A stretch of 40,936 nt of DNA from a virus (IMGVR_UViG_3300037440_000439:1-40936), one strand, 5' to 3'; shown: positions 17,592-26,566, counted from the first letter of the stretch. Translations and numbers: made by a program. The notes: generated by a model from the letters alone, not told the origin.

Positions 17592-18624
17592 GCAACACCT
17601 CCTCATATATTTTTTGTCGGCGCCGGATGCGCTTCATGCTTAGTTTGAATTGATTGATTATTTGCATAATCCCCAATTGATAGTAAGTGGCAAATTCATC
17701 CAAGCGGTCCGGCTCCCGACCTTCAAAAAAGGTCAACCACCATTGAACCCGGCGCTCATATTCCCGTTTTTCAAAATCGGTGGTAGGTTTGGGCTCCAAT
17801 TCGGTCGGTCCTTGCGGCTTTTCAAGGTGCATGCGGGCCAAGGGCCGGTTGTGATCATCGCGCAAAAGCCCGGAAATACCTGATGACAATGAGCCAATAT
17901 GGCACCATCCGGCTTTGCCGTCCCAAATGCTCCGCTTTTCCCGATAATGCTCTAAGTCATCCGGGTGGGTATGGTATTGACGCAATTCGGCGATTTTTTT
18001 CTTTGTGATTATAGCCCTTATTTGCAAACTGGCCTCCACAAAGGTGTCGCCGTGTTGATCGGTGTCAAAAGCCATGCCAATAGGCTCCACCACCTCACCG
18101 GCGTGCCAAAATTTGGAGCCGAAATTGTCGATTTGCTTCAAAAGCTTGGTTTCGGAGAAAAAATAGCAAGGCCAAAAATTGGGCCCCCGTTCACCATCAC
18201 CCACATCATTCAAAAGCCATTTGAACACGGCGGCTTTGTACAATTCCAAGCCGCATGATCCCCGGGGCGATCCTACTACCTCAAAACCGTGCTTTTCCAA
18301 CAACCGGAAGCCTGCCCCCACGGCCCCGGTTACAAACACAAAGGCATCATCCTCAATGAGCATGGTGTGGGTTTCCGTCACCTGGGGAAGTATGCGTTTG
18401 ATGGCTTCCCCGTGCTCTAATTGATGGTCGGTATATAGCAAGGTCACCTTGGGATCGTCGGCCACCAAATTTTTTTCATATTCCACCACCTCAGCGGCCA
18501 CCGGCGTGTTGAGGTGGATATATAACCGATCGATTTCATCACGCCAATACCATTTGAAAAGGGTGTACCAATAGTGAAGCAAAAAAGGATCGCCCGGAGT
18601 GGGTAAAATGGCGGCCCGGCTCAT
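17581..18624 (-). CDS. Putative glycosyltransferase, GT-A-like
   Basis: HGEAI...HTMLIEDDAFV (DxD-like), WPCYFF; context. Confidence 0.65.
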   Translation of the reverse strand: MSRAAILPTPGDPFLLHYWYTLFKWYWRDEIDRLYIHLNTPVAAEVVEYEKNLVADDPKVTLLYTDHQLEHGEAIKRILPQVTETHTMLIEDDAFVFVTGAVGAGFRLLEKHGFEVVGSPRGSCGLELYKAAVFKWLLNDVGDGERGPNFWPCYFFSETKLLKQIDNFGSKFWHAGEVVEPIGMAFDTDQHGDTFVEASLQIRAIITKKKIAELRQYHTHPDDLEHYREKRSIWDGKAGWCHIGSLSSGISGLLRDDHNRPLARMHLEKPQGPTELEPKPTTDFEKREYERRVQWWLTFFEGREPDRLDEFATYYQLGIMQIINQFKLSMKRIRRRQKIYEEVLHDF

Positions 18625-18806
18625 GCCCGCCCCCACTCAAATCCGCATGAGCGGCAAACATATTTGTCCGGTGGTTTGCGCTTGAAAAATATGGTGACCA
18701 AAAAAAGCATATACCACATATACCTCCGGGTCATTTGGAAAAAGCTTTCGCCGGCATATTTTTTGACGTTGCGACTTTTGCATCGCGGACACTTAGGCCC
18801 AAACAT
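18621..18806 (-). CDS. Small Zn-ribbon protein with central hydrophobic segment
   Basis: CPRC-S.NV...YMWYMLFLVTIFF...YVCRSCG; GGAGG RBS. Confidence 0.7.
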   Translation of the reverse strand: MFGPKCPRCKSRNVKKYAGESFFQMTRRYMWYMLFLVTIFFKRKPPDKYVCRSCGFEWGRA

Positions 18807-19464
18807 AATCCTCCGGGTGTATTTTGTAAAATCCGGCCAAGCCACGTGGGGTGGGGAAGTGGAAGGGCCGTAATCGGCTATGCTCGATCAATTCCCTGAT
18901 AGCGTGGGGAATTTCACCCCACGGCCAGGCAAAGCCGTGTTCGGTGTTATCAACCTGGCCCATGTGTCGGTGCAAATCATGAATGAAAATATACCCGCCG
19001 GGCTTGATGTAATCACAAAATCGGACCAATTCATTGAAGCGTAATTGCGGCTCGGTATCCAAAAGCGCCATGTCATACCGGGTACCGCGCGGCGGTTGCC
19101 ATTTGGTGGCATCGGCCTGAATGTTGTTAATTAAATGAAAAAGCTTGGCTTTTTGGAAATTTCTGGCGGCGGTGTTGTATAGCTCCGGCAAAAATTCAAG
19201 GGTGTCGATTTGAGTTTCGGCGGCAAAAGCATTGTGCGATACTGCCAAGGCCATATACACGGTGGAAATGCCCTTGTGGGTGCCGGTTTCCAAAATGCGC
19301 TTGGGCTTCAATAGCCGGACCATGGCATACAAAAATTCCCCCACCTCACATTCGACGCCGGCATCATCGAATGCTTGATAACCCAAGGCCCCGGAGCCGG
19401 AGTATTCCGATTCGGAATTGATAGCCAGTCCCAATCGGCGGGCGACTTCATCGGTGATCATCAT
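18793..19464 (-). CDS. Class I SAM-dependent (O-)methyltransferase
   Basis: KPKRILETGTHKGIS, YDMALLD, KPGGYIFIHD. Confidence 0.9.
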   Translation of the reverse strand: MMITDEVARRLGLAINSESEYSGSGALGYQAFDDAGVECEVGEFLYAMVRLLKPKRILETGTHKGISTVYMALAVSHNAFAAETQIDTLEFLPELYNTAARNFQKAKLFHLINNIQADATKWQPPRGTRYDMALLDTEPQLRFNELVRFCDYIKPGGYIFIHDLHRHMGQVDNTEHGFAWPWGEIPHAIRELIEHSRLRPFHFPTPRGLAGFYKIHPEDYVWA

Positions 19465-20452
19465 ACAAAAAATCCTCCCATTGTTTTTTTATATTGTCTT
19501 TGCCAAAAAATTCGATGGCGGTTTGGCGGCCGGTTTCGGAAATTCGGCGGGCCAATTTGATATTGGTTTTCAATTCCTGCATTTTTTGCCGTAAATATCC
19601 CAAATCATCGGAAATGAAGCCATTGTATTCATTTTGAATCAAATCGGGGATTTCGTATAGGTCCTGGGCCAAATTTAAGCTTTCGCCATGCTTGGGACCC
19701 AAGCAAATCATCGGAGCGCCGGTCATCATGGCTTCAATGAAAGTCAGGGTGTATGAGGCCGGTTGGGTGCCGGTGTATATATACCCCCGGCAATCACGAT
19801 ATTTTTGTTTCATAGCTTCATAAGTCAAAAAGCCGCCATTCAAGCTGTTGAGGGCTTCGTTTTTGGGTCCGTATACATGAGCATTGAAATCCTTGACCAA
19901 TTCCAAAAAGGCGTCCACCTGCAAAAACTCACCCCGGTGGTGCATGTCCTGGGCAAAGGTGACAAACTCCGTGCCTCCACCGATCCAATGGTTGTATTCG
20001 TTTGGGTCCTTGTAAAAGCGGATGACCGCATCGGCGCCTATATTGAAGGGGATGTTGATTTCGCGGGGCGAATAGCGGACCACCTGCAAGCCCTGATCCC
20101 GGTAGGGCCTCAGTTTTTGTTCAATTTTCCCCACCGATTGGCCAATGGTGCGCCATATGACCCGCTTGCCCTTGATAATATCCCAATTTTTGCTGATCCA
20201 ATCGGGCCGGTGCATCACCATCACCGTGTCAAACGGCTCGACCAATTCCGGGGTCAATTCATGTTGGGCGGGTAGGGGAGTGTTATATAGTTTTTTGTCG
20301 GGGGCATGTTTGAGCGGCGGCCGGATCGGATCGGCCGGCCGGGTGGGGATGACATAGGACCCCAGGGCAAAATAATCGATGCCCAATTCCTCAAACAATT
20401 TGAGTTCGTCATATTCGAGGGTGGCATGGCATGACAAATACAAAAGTTTCAT
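19448..20452 (-). CDS. Glycosyltransferase, GT-B/GT4-like
   Basis: TLTFIEAMMTGAPMI...LIQNEYNGFI...GRQTA..FF. Confidence 0.85.
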   Translation of the reverse strand: MKLLYLSCHATLEYDELKLFEELGIDYFALGSYVIPTRPADPIRPPLKHAPDKKLYNTPLPAQHELTPELVEPFDTVMVMHRPDWISKNWDIIKGKRVIWRTIGQSVGKIEQKLRPYRDQGLQVVRYSPREINIPFNIGADAVIRFYKDPNEYNHWIGGGTEFVTFAQDMHHRGEFLQVDAFLELVKDFNAHVYGPKNEALNSLNGGFLTYEAMKQKYRDCRGYIYTGTQPASYTLTFIEAMMTGAPMICLGPKHGESLNLAQDLYEIPDLIQNEYNGFISDDLGYLRQKMQELKTNIKLARRISETGRQTAIEFFGKDNIKKQWEDFLYDDHR

Positions 20453-21576
20453 ATATGCGGCTCGAGTTTTTTACTAATTTTTTTTAGTCTTTCCAACATT
20501 TTCCCACCCACAAACTCAAATGAAAATTTCGACTTTACCACTTTTTGACCTTCCAAGCCCATTTCCCGGGCCTGTTTTTGATTTTCAAATACCCACCGCA
20601 TGCCCTTGCGAATGTCATCGACTTTGACATCGGCCCATCGCTGGTCCAGGGTGTACCAAGCATCATTCCGACTATTTTTGACCGGGCAAAGGGAATAGGG
20701 GAGCAAATACGCGGTTTTTTTGTGCTCCAAATACTCATGAATACCGCCGCAATTGGTGGAAATCACCGGGTTGGCCATTAGTAATGCCTCCATTTGGGGA
20801 ATGCCCCACCCTTCGCCCCGGTGCGGCGATACATAGCAATCAAATGTGGCGTGGAAGCGGTACATTTGCCGCCGATCCATCAATTGGGTGAATAAATACA
20901 CCGGCGGATATGCTTTCACATCCACCCGGCGCTTGGCTTTTTTGATGAATGACTTGATTTCATCGAATTTGCTTGGTTGGAAATTGTCCACATAGGTTTT
21001 GATGGTCAAGGACACGCCCTTGGTGCCCTCAAATTCCCGCCAAAATGCCTCCAATAGTGCCATGGGGTTTTTGCGTTCGGTCCATTCAAAAATGGCGTAA
21101 AATTTGAAATCGTTTTGGTTGGGGATCAAATAGGGTTTTGGTTCGGGCGCGTTGGCGTCGATGGCCTCGGTGATGATGTGAATGGGTTTGGTAACGCCGG
21201 CGGCCCGGATGGCATCGGCATTGTATTGGGAGCCGGTCCAAATTTCGTCCAAAATCTCACATTTGCTGGCAAAGGCCAAGGGCAGTTTGTTGGTTTCCCA
21301 AAACACCCGGCCGACATGGTATTTGCCGGCTTCCAAATATTTCTGATAGACATTGGGAGTGACGTGCAAAATTTTGATTTTGTAGCCCAATTGCCGATTT
21401 TCGGCATCCCGTGCAATCGATCCCAATTTGCCAAAATCGGAAAGCTCAATGGTGTATTTGGGAATTTCGGTGGTGAGCACTACACCGGCGGCATGCAGGG
21501 CGCCGACATCATGCCGGCCGGCCTCACCATAGCCTGAATAGTCTGCCAAAGCGCCGGTGTATTTGACCTTCATCAA
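20449..21576 (-). CDS. Glycosyltransferase family 4
   Basis: SGYGEA, WET, RKNP, HRGEGWGIPQMEA...PVIST. Confidence 0.92.
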   Translation of the reverse strand: MMKVKYTGALADYSGYGEAGRHDVGALHAAGVVLTTEIPKYTIELSDFGKLGSIARDAENRQLGYKIKILHVTPNVYQKYLEAGKYHVGRVFWETNKLPLAFASKCEILDEIWTGSQYNADAIRAAGVTKPIHIITEAIDANAPEPKPYLIPNQNDFKFYAIFEWTERKNPMALLEAFWREFEGTKGVSLTIKTYVDNFQPSKFDEIKSFIKKAKRRVDVKAYPPVYLFTQLMDRRQMYRFHATFDCYVSPHRGEGWGIPQMEALLMANPVISTNCGGIHEYLEHKKTAYLLPYSLCPVKNSRNDAWYTLDQRWADVKVDDIRKGMRWVFENQKQAREMGLEGQKVVKSKFSFEFVGGKMLERLKKISKKLEPHI

Positions 21577-21589
21577 CGGTTGCTTTCAC

Positions 21590-21793
21590 TCAAATTTCGA
21601 TATAGTTTCCGGCATCATAGCGGATTTGTGTACCGCAATTTTGACACACCACACTTGAAAATTTTTCCTTTTTGTTGGAATAGAATGCCCGACCGGTGCA
21701 AGCGGGGCAAAAATAGCGGTATTTGGCATTTTTTTCATTCAACGGCTTGTCGGATGCCTCATTTTCGGTTTTTTTCTTGGCCACTGGTATCAC
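21590..21793 (-). CDS. Small zinc-ribbon protein
   Basis: CPAC...CQNCG. Confidence 0.65.
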   Translation of the reverse strand: MIPVAKKKTENEASDKPLNEKNAKYRYFCPACTGRAFYSNKKEKFSSVVCQNCGTQIRYDAGNYIEI

Positions 21794-21796
21794 CCC

Positions 21797-23011
21797 CTAT
21801 GTAATGCGCTTCAAATTTAATATGTTTTGTACCCGCGACTTGACGGGCAATGGTTTGCGGCGGATGTCATCAAAAATACTTTTCAATTGTTTGGCGGTGT
21901 TTTCGTAGGTGTATTTGGTGACGTATCCGGCCGCTTTTTTACCCATCGCGCGGGCTTGCTTTTCGTGTTCATACACGTGGCGCATTTGCTTTTGCAAATG
22001 CTTGGCGTCGCATACCACCATTCTACCAACATCCTGGCCCTTGTATCGCAAGTACAGGCCGGGGCATTCCTTTTCCACTTTGACTTCATACATATATTCC
22101 GGGTTGAAATATTCGGCGATCCCATGGGCATTGGGCACGATTGCCGGCATACCGGTGGCCATGGCCTCCAATGGAGGAATACCAAAACCTTCCCCACGGC
22201 TTGGAAATACAAAGCAATCCGATCGGGCCAATAGGTTTTGCATTTGTTTGGGTGAATATTTGCCGGTGATGACATCGATGTGTGGGTATTGGGTTTTGGT
22301 GATGGGAATGGGCGGCCGATCGAGGATGGTTTTGAATACCATTTTGACCGGCTCATCCGGTTCAAACTCCGACACAAAGGCATTGAAAGCTTCCATGAAT
22401 CCTTTGCGGGCATTGAAGGCGTTATAGTGCAAAAAAGTAAAATCCCGGCGGGTTTCCTTGACCGGTTGACGCTCCACTGGTTTGTAGGTGTCGGCGTCAT
22501 AACCCAAGGGCACCACCGTGGTGTCAAAGCCGGCCCGGGCAAAAGTATCCTGGCAAAATTTTGAAGGCACCAGGATCAAGTCGGCGGCCGCCAAATAGTC
22601 ATGCCATTCGTCGGGTATGCGGGTGGATTCAAACATGGTGTATATAATTCGGAAGGGTGCCTCAATTTGTAGGATGCCATAAGGTGCATGCAACAATACG
22701 GCAATATTTTGATCGTCATAGTAGGTTTTGACATCCTCACCCATTTCCTTCAAATGCCGCATGATGTGGTGGCTTGCTTCCGCGTAGCCGTTGGCCCCGG
22801 TTTGTGACACGGTGGCCATATATACCCCCATGGCCGGATCGCCCTTGGCCTGCTTTTTTTTGGCCAGGCGGTCATAGCGCTCTTGTTCATATTCCTTGAT
22901 TTCGGATTTTTTTGCTTTGCGGAAACCTTTTTGGTCAAGCCAATCGGTAAATTCCTTTTCGGTTTCGACGGCCACAATGCGGCCGAATGGGTTGACCAAG
23001 TAAAAGCTCAT
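21797..23011 (-). CDS. Glycosyltransferase family 4 with N-terminal extension
   Basis: RKG, FVFPSRGEGFGIPPLEAMATGMP. Confidence 0.93.
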   Translation of the reverse strand: MSFYLVNPFGRIVAVETEKEFTDWLDQKGFRKAKKSEIKEYEQERYDRLAKKKQAKGDPAMGVYMATVSQTGANGYAEASHHIMRHLKEMGEDVKTYYDDQNIAVLLHAPYGILQIEAPFRIIYTMFESTRIPDEWHDYLAAADLILVPSKFCQDTFARAGFDTTVVPLGYDADTYKPVERQPVKETRRDFTFLHYNAFNARKGFMEAFNAFVSEFEPDEPVKMVFKTILDRPPIPITKTQYPHIDVITGKYSPKQMQNLLARSDCFVFPSRGEGFGIPPLEAMATGMPAIVPNAHGIAEYFNPEYMYEVKVEKECPGLYLRYKGQDVGRMVVCDAKHLQKQMRHVYEHEKQARAMGKKAAGYVTKYTYENTAKQLKSIFDDIRRKPLPVKSRVQNILNLKRIT

Positions 23012-23017
23012 GCGACT

Positions 23018-23047
23018 AATATACTACATTAGGTGGAAATAGCACAA
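23018..23047 (-). promoter_or_regulatory. Putative leaderless promoter of the glycosyltransferase island
   Basis: TTGTGC-N18-TATATT, 6 nt to ATG, no RBS; contains TGTAGTAT. Confidence 0.5.
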
Positions 23048-23048
23048 T

Positions 23049-23078
23049 AGGGCGGAGCTTTTTCAAGCCGCCGCCCTG
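23049..23078 (-). terminator. GC hairpin after major capsid gene (possible weak terminator)
   Basis: GGGCGG...CCGCCC stem followed by TATTGT; poor U-tract. Confidence 0.4.
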
Positions 23079-23104
23079 ATTGTGGCGAAAGTCAACCGTT
23101 GATG

Positions 23105-24019
23105 TTATGAGCTTTCGACTTCGACAATGCGCCTTTGATCGGTGATAGCAACACCGAAAAGCAAATCAAGGGTCAATTGATGTGCTCCAAGGTCGCCGTT
23201 GTACCAGAATAGGGTCCGGAGTGATAACCCAACCGATGGGTCGAACACTTGGCCGGACAATACCCCGGTGCCTCTGGCCGGTTGTGGTAACGGGCGGGAG
23301 GCGATCACAAGCGCGTTTTTGGTGTAGGCCAAATTGTGGTAAGTCACCGGTGATCCGGAGGTTTGCACCATTTGACTTTCGTGGATTTCAAGCCCATATG
23401 TTCGGATCATTTGACCCTCGGTGATGGTTTTACCATCGCCCCGGGCGTCATACCGACTGTACTTGTCAGTGGCCAATAGGTCATTGTAAGCCGTGCCATC
23501 GACGTACAAATACCGTTGCTCGGGCATTGGTACTTTTTGATCGGTAAAGTATTTCCGGACATCCAAAAGGGAGGTGTCGATACTGGTTGCATCGGAATCA
23601 TCAAAAGTGACCGTGTTTTCAATGCTTGGATGCAATGAGGCCAGGGCGGTTTCAACCGCTTCGGCCAATGCAATTGCACCGTCATCGGCATACCCATCCT
23701 GGGTGTCCTGGTTTTCCAAAACCTTGGTCACGTCATCGATGGTAAGGGTGACTTCTTTGTGAGTGTCTAAAGTGACATACACATCGGTGGCCGTTGGGTT
23801 TTGCTTGGTGAAGTTTGATCCGGCCGTTTTGTCATTGGCCTGAACCGCACCGCGCACCGGTACTCGAATGGTGTCGCCTTCCTGGGCCGTGGCCCAATCG
23901 GAATCACGCGAAACCGTCCTCGCCAAATTCAAATAGGACGGAAACCGTCCAATCGCTTTTTGGGCAATAATCGTGGGAATAAATACCGCGTTTGTCGTAT
24001 TGTTCAATACGTCTGCCAT
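23105..24019 (-). CDS. Major capsid protein (P22-coat-like, HK97 fold)
   Basis: FIPTIIA, GDTIRVP, VP...RYLYV, LDLLFG; follows scaffold; GGAGGTG RBS. Confidence 0.9.
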   Translation of the reverse strand: MADVLNNTTNAVFIPTIIAQKAIGRFPSYLNLARTVSRDSDWATAQEGDTIRVPVRGAVQANDKTAGSNFTKQNPTATDVYVTLDTHKEVTLTIDDVTKVLENQDTQDGYADDGAIALAEAVETALASLHPSIENTVTFDDSDATSIDTSLLDVRKYFTDQKVPMPEQRYLYVDGTAYNDLLATDKYSRYDARGDGKTITEGQMIRTYGLEIHESQMVQTSGSPVTYHNLAYTKNALVIASRPLPQPARGTGVLSGQVFDPSVGLSLRTLFWYNGDLGAHQLTLDLLFGVAITDQRRIVEVESS

Positions 24020-24105
24020 ATAGTTTTTTCACCTCCAATCATAGTCAATTTGCACTACATAGTAATGCCAAAAGTATTCAATTGATCGGGATGGTGAAAA
24101 AACTG

Positions 24106-24822
24106 TTATTTTTGAGGGCCCGGCGTGGTGGTGCCGTACAAATCATCCTCAATGTTGCCGGTTTTCATGGCCTCCAAAATGTCTTGTTCATTTTCCCGGT
24201 AAAATACCGGGTCCTGAATTTGACTGTGTTTGAAGCGCTTGGGTTGGTCGGTTCCGCCCTTGCCTGGGTTTGTAGCACTACCAAGGGTGGTGCTCCCGGG
24301 GTCGCCAAATAGGTATTTGCGCGATTCCTTGAGCTCACCGATTGCTTCATCCACTCCGGCGACGTTGCCGTTGTCATCCAATGACACTTTGGACCGGTCA
24401 ATCAGTTTTACCACTGCATCCTGATCAACCGCGCCTTGCTTTGCGGCCGCTTGCATGATGTTCATGTCAATTACGCTCTGCCGGAATTTTTCCTGGGCTT
24501 CTTCGCGTTCTTTTTCAAGCTTTTCGACCAATTCTTCATATTTTTTTTCTTCCTTGAGCTTTTTTTCCTCAAGTTTTTTTTGTTCGGTTTCGTATTGGTC
24601 GGCCTTTTTGGCGCGTTGTGTCAGTTCTTTGAACCTTGAGTGTTGCCACAAACGCGGATCGTCAAAGACTTTTTGAAAGTCCTCATCCCCAAGTTTGCTG
24701 ACATCAAAGTTGGAATTATCGGTATCCGTTTTTTTCGCGTCCGACGCGTCCGACTTTTCCTTTTTGTTGTTAATATCGCCTGTTTTTGAATCGGAGGCAT
24801 CCGATTTTTTACCTTCTGCCAT
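24106..24822 (-). CDS. Capsid scaffolding protein
   Basis: Charged coiled coil, GAVDQDAVVKLID...KYLF; position before capsid. Confidence 0.85.
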   Translation of the reverse strand: MAEGKKSDASDSKTGDINNKKEKSDASDAKKTDTDNSNFDVSKLGDEDFQKVFDDPRLWQHSRFKELTQRAKKADQYETEQKKLEEKKLKEEKKYEELVEKLEKEREEAQEKFRQSVIDMNIMQAAAKQGAVDQDAVVKLIDRSKVSLDDNGNVAGVDEAIGELKESRKYLFGDPGSTTLGSATNPGKGGTDQPKRFKHSQIQDPVFYRENEQDILEAMKTGNIEDDLYGTTTPGPQK

Positions 24823-24880
24823 ATTTTCCCCTCAGTTGGTGTCGCGGCCTGCCCGCGCCGGGTAAATGTTATATACTGGC

Positions 24881-24910
24881 ATTATATACATTTGTCGGCG
24901 GCATGGTCAA
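24881..24910 (-). promoter_or_regulatory. Promoter for scaffold/capsid
   Basis: TTGACC-N18-TATAAT. Confidence 0.6.
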
Positions 24911-24915
24911 ACCAC

Positions 24916-24957
24916 TTGCAAATAATGTAGGATGATTGTAGTATATAGGTGGAGGTG
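24916..24957 (+). promoter_or_regulatory. Promoter and RBS of the plus-strand gene
   Basis: TTGCAA-N17-TAGTAT, then GGAGGTG 5 nt before ATG 24963. Confidence 0.7.
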
Positions 24958-24962
24958 CACAA

Positions 24963-25196
24963 ATGCCCGATTTGCCACAATACTTTGAAGTCGATTTTGA
25001 TGTTTTCGTCAAGGTTTTCAATACCGGGGTGGATGAAGTCACGGCCATCAATCATTGGGGCAATCCCTACCCCCCGATCAAAGCCATGGTCGAAGGCCGG
25101 CGAGTAGGCCGGGCAACATTTGAAAAGGCCGCCGAAAATCGTCAGGGTTTGCCCACGCCGGTGCGATCCAAGGCCGCGTCCCGGGCTTCCGAATAA
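24963..25196 (+). CDS. 77-aa protein, candidate immunity/antitoxin for the MuF-synthetase fusion
   Basis: Own promoter and strong RBS, globular-looking sequence, convergent overlap with 3' end of 25142..26566. Function is inferred. Confidence 0.7.
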   Translation: MPDLPQYFEVDFDVFVKVFNTGVDEVTAINHWGNPYPPIKAMVEGRRVGRATFEKAAENRQGLPTPVRSKAASRASE

Positions 25197-26566
25197 AGTT
25201 TCAACATTTGTTTTTCCGCTTTGCGCCATTCCGGGCCCTTGACCCGGACCACATCATATAATTTGTCGCCGCCAAGTTCGGTTTTGGCCGTCCACATTTC
25301 CTCATAAGTCACTTGCACCTCACCGATCCTGCCACCGGGCAATTTGATGTTGACCATGTTCATGGCATAGCCGGTTTCCTCATGCAATTTTTCTTTGACC
25401 CGGTGTATTTCATAGTGCTCCGATACCGATTCCACAATAGCGTCAAATTCCTTTTTGTCCCATGGGTTTCTGATAATGACGGCCCCCCGATTGGTGTCCT
25501 TGAGCTCAAAAGTTTCGGCGTTATAGTCATTGATCACTTTGTTGGTGGAGCGCTCCAATTTTTTGGGTGAGCCAATATGATGATCGACGTTGAGTTTTTT
25601 GCTGATTTTCTCAAAATTTTGCTTGAATTTTTCCTGGTGTTTTTTGGCCGGGTCGGTCATATTTTTTTTGACTTGTTCTTTGATCGGACCCCGCATCGAT
25701 TCGCCGGCGGGGTCATATGCTCCCTTCTCCGGATCGTATGCTCGGGTCATTTTGGCTATTTTGGGCACCAATACATTGATGGCATGCCGGCAATTGGGAT
25801 GAAATAAGCCGGCCCGCTCGGCATCAATCACGGTGTCATAACCTCTAGTAGCGCCGGTGGATGACAGGACCTTGCCTTGCCAGGGAAGGCACAAGGGGCA
25901 TGAGCTTTTACCATGATTTGATACCTGCACCAAATCATACCCATTTTCCACCAGTCGATTGGCGATTCCCCGATTGCGGGTTTCCACCACCTTGGTCCGG
26001 AAAAGCATTTCGGAATATCGATCGAGGGTCCATGACCGACCGCCCCGATCCACGATGGCGGCCAATCCATCCTCCATCAATCGGCCCTTCATTTCCCGCT
26101 TAACATTGCGCAAAGCCGCCCCGGAAACCATGCCGGAGGCCATTTTTTGGGTGAGGGCTTCCCGGGAAAAGCGGCCCAACAACAATTGGGCATTCCGGTC
26201 CACGCCCACCAAGCCCTCGGCGAATGCTTTGGCGGTTTCATCCACCAGGGCGGCGATGGCATCCTTGTGGATTTGGTTGAAACCGGTTTCCACCGCCACC
26301 GGTGCCCGGACATTCTTCAATTGCTTGACCGCATCGTCGGCGCCCAATTCGTAATACTCGGGAATTTCCTGTTTGATCCAATCGTTGGTATTTTCACCAA
26401 GCTCGGACAAAATGACCTCAATTTGTTTGAGGATTTTTTTGCGGTTTTGTACACCCCAATCGGTGGCGCCAGCGATTTCGCCCACAATATCCTTGTATGC
26501 GGCTTTATAGGTGCCGATAATTTTTTGGAGGTTTTTTTCGTTGACCTCGACTTCCAAAGGATACAT
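25142..26566 (-). CDS. Minor head (MuF-like/minor capsid) protein fused to C-terminal RelA/SpoT-like synthetase domain
   Basis: N-part: DRGGRSW, DLVQVSNH..CPLC.PWQGKV, GLFHPNCRH. C-part: K..ERS..KV..DY, LKD..R, GY, GEVQV, KLY...R. Confidence 0.85.
   Translation of the reverse strand: MYPLEVEVNEKNLQKIIGTYKAAYKDIVGEIAGATDWGVQNRKKILKQIEVILSELGENTNDWIKQEIPEYYELGADDAVKQLKNVRAPVAVETGFNQIHKDAIAALVDETAKAFAEGLVGVDRNAQLLLGRFSREALTQKMASGMVSGAALRNVKREMKGRLMEDGLAAIVDRGGRSWTLDRYSEMLFRTKVVETRNRGIANRLVENGYDLVQVSNHGKSSCPLCLPWQGKVLSSTGATRGYDTVIDAERAGLFHPNCRHAINVLVPKIAKMTRAYDPEKGAYDPAGESMRGPIKEQVKKNMTDPAKKHQEKFKQNFEKISKKLNVDHHIGSPKKLERSTNKVINDYNAETFELKDTNRGAVIIRNPWDKKEFDAIVESVSEHYEIHRVKEKLHEETGYAMNMVNIKLPGGRIGEVQVTYEEMWTAKTELGGDKLYDVVRVKGPEWRKAEKQMLKLYSEARDAALDRTGVGKP

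Noticed and set aside
18793-19464. DNA methyltransferase
   Set aside because: Lacks DPPY/NPPY or PC catalytic motifs; pattern fits small-molecule or sugar O-methyltransferases.
15698-23011. GT island as DNA hypermodification or Gtr-type serotype conversion
   Set aside because: No base hydroxymethylase, dioxygenase or phage polymerase, and no flippase or polytopic membrane GT; location among virion genes fits protein glycosylation better. Not fully excluded.
24869-25229. Minus-strand ORFs 24882..25229 and 24869..25051 as the immunity gene
   Set aside because: No RBS, they run over the divergent promoters, and they look like shadows of the plus-strand 77-aa gene, which has clear expression signals.
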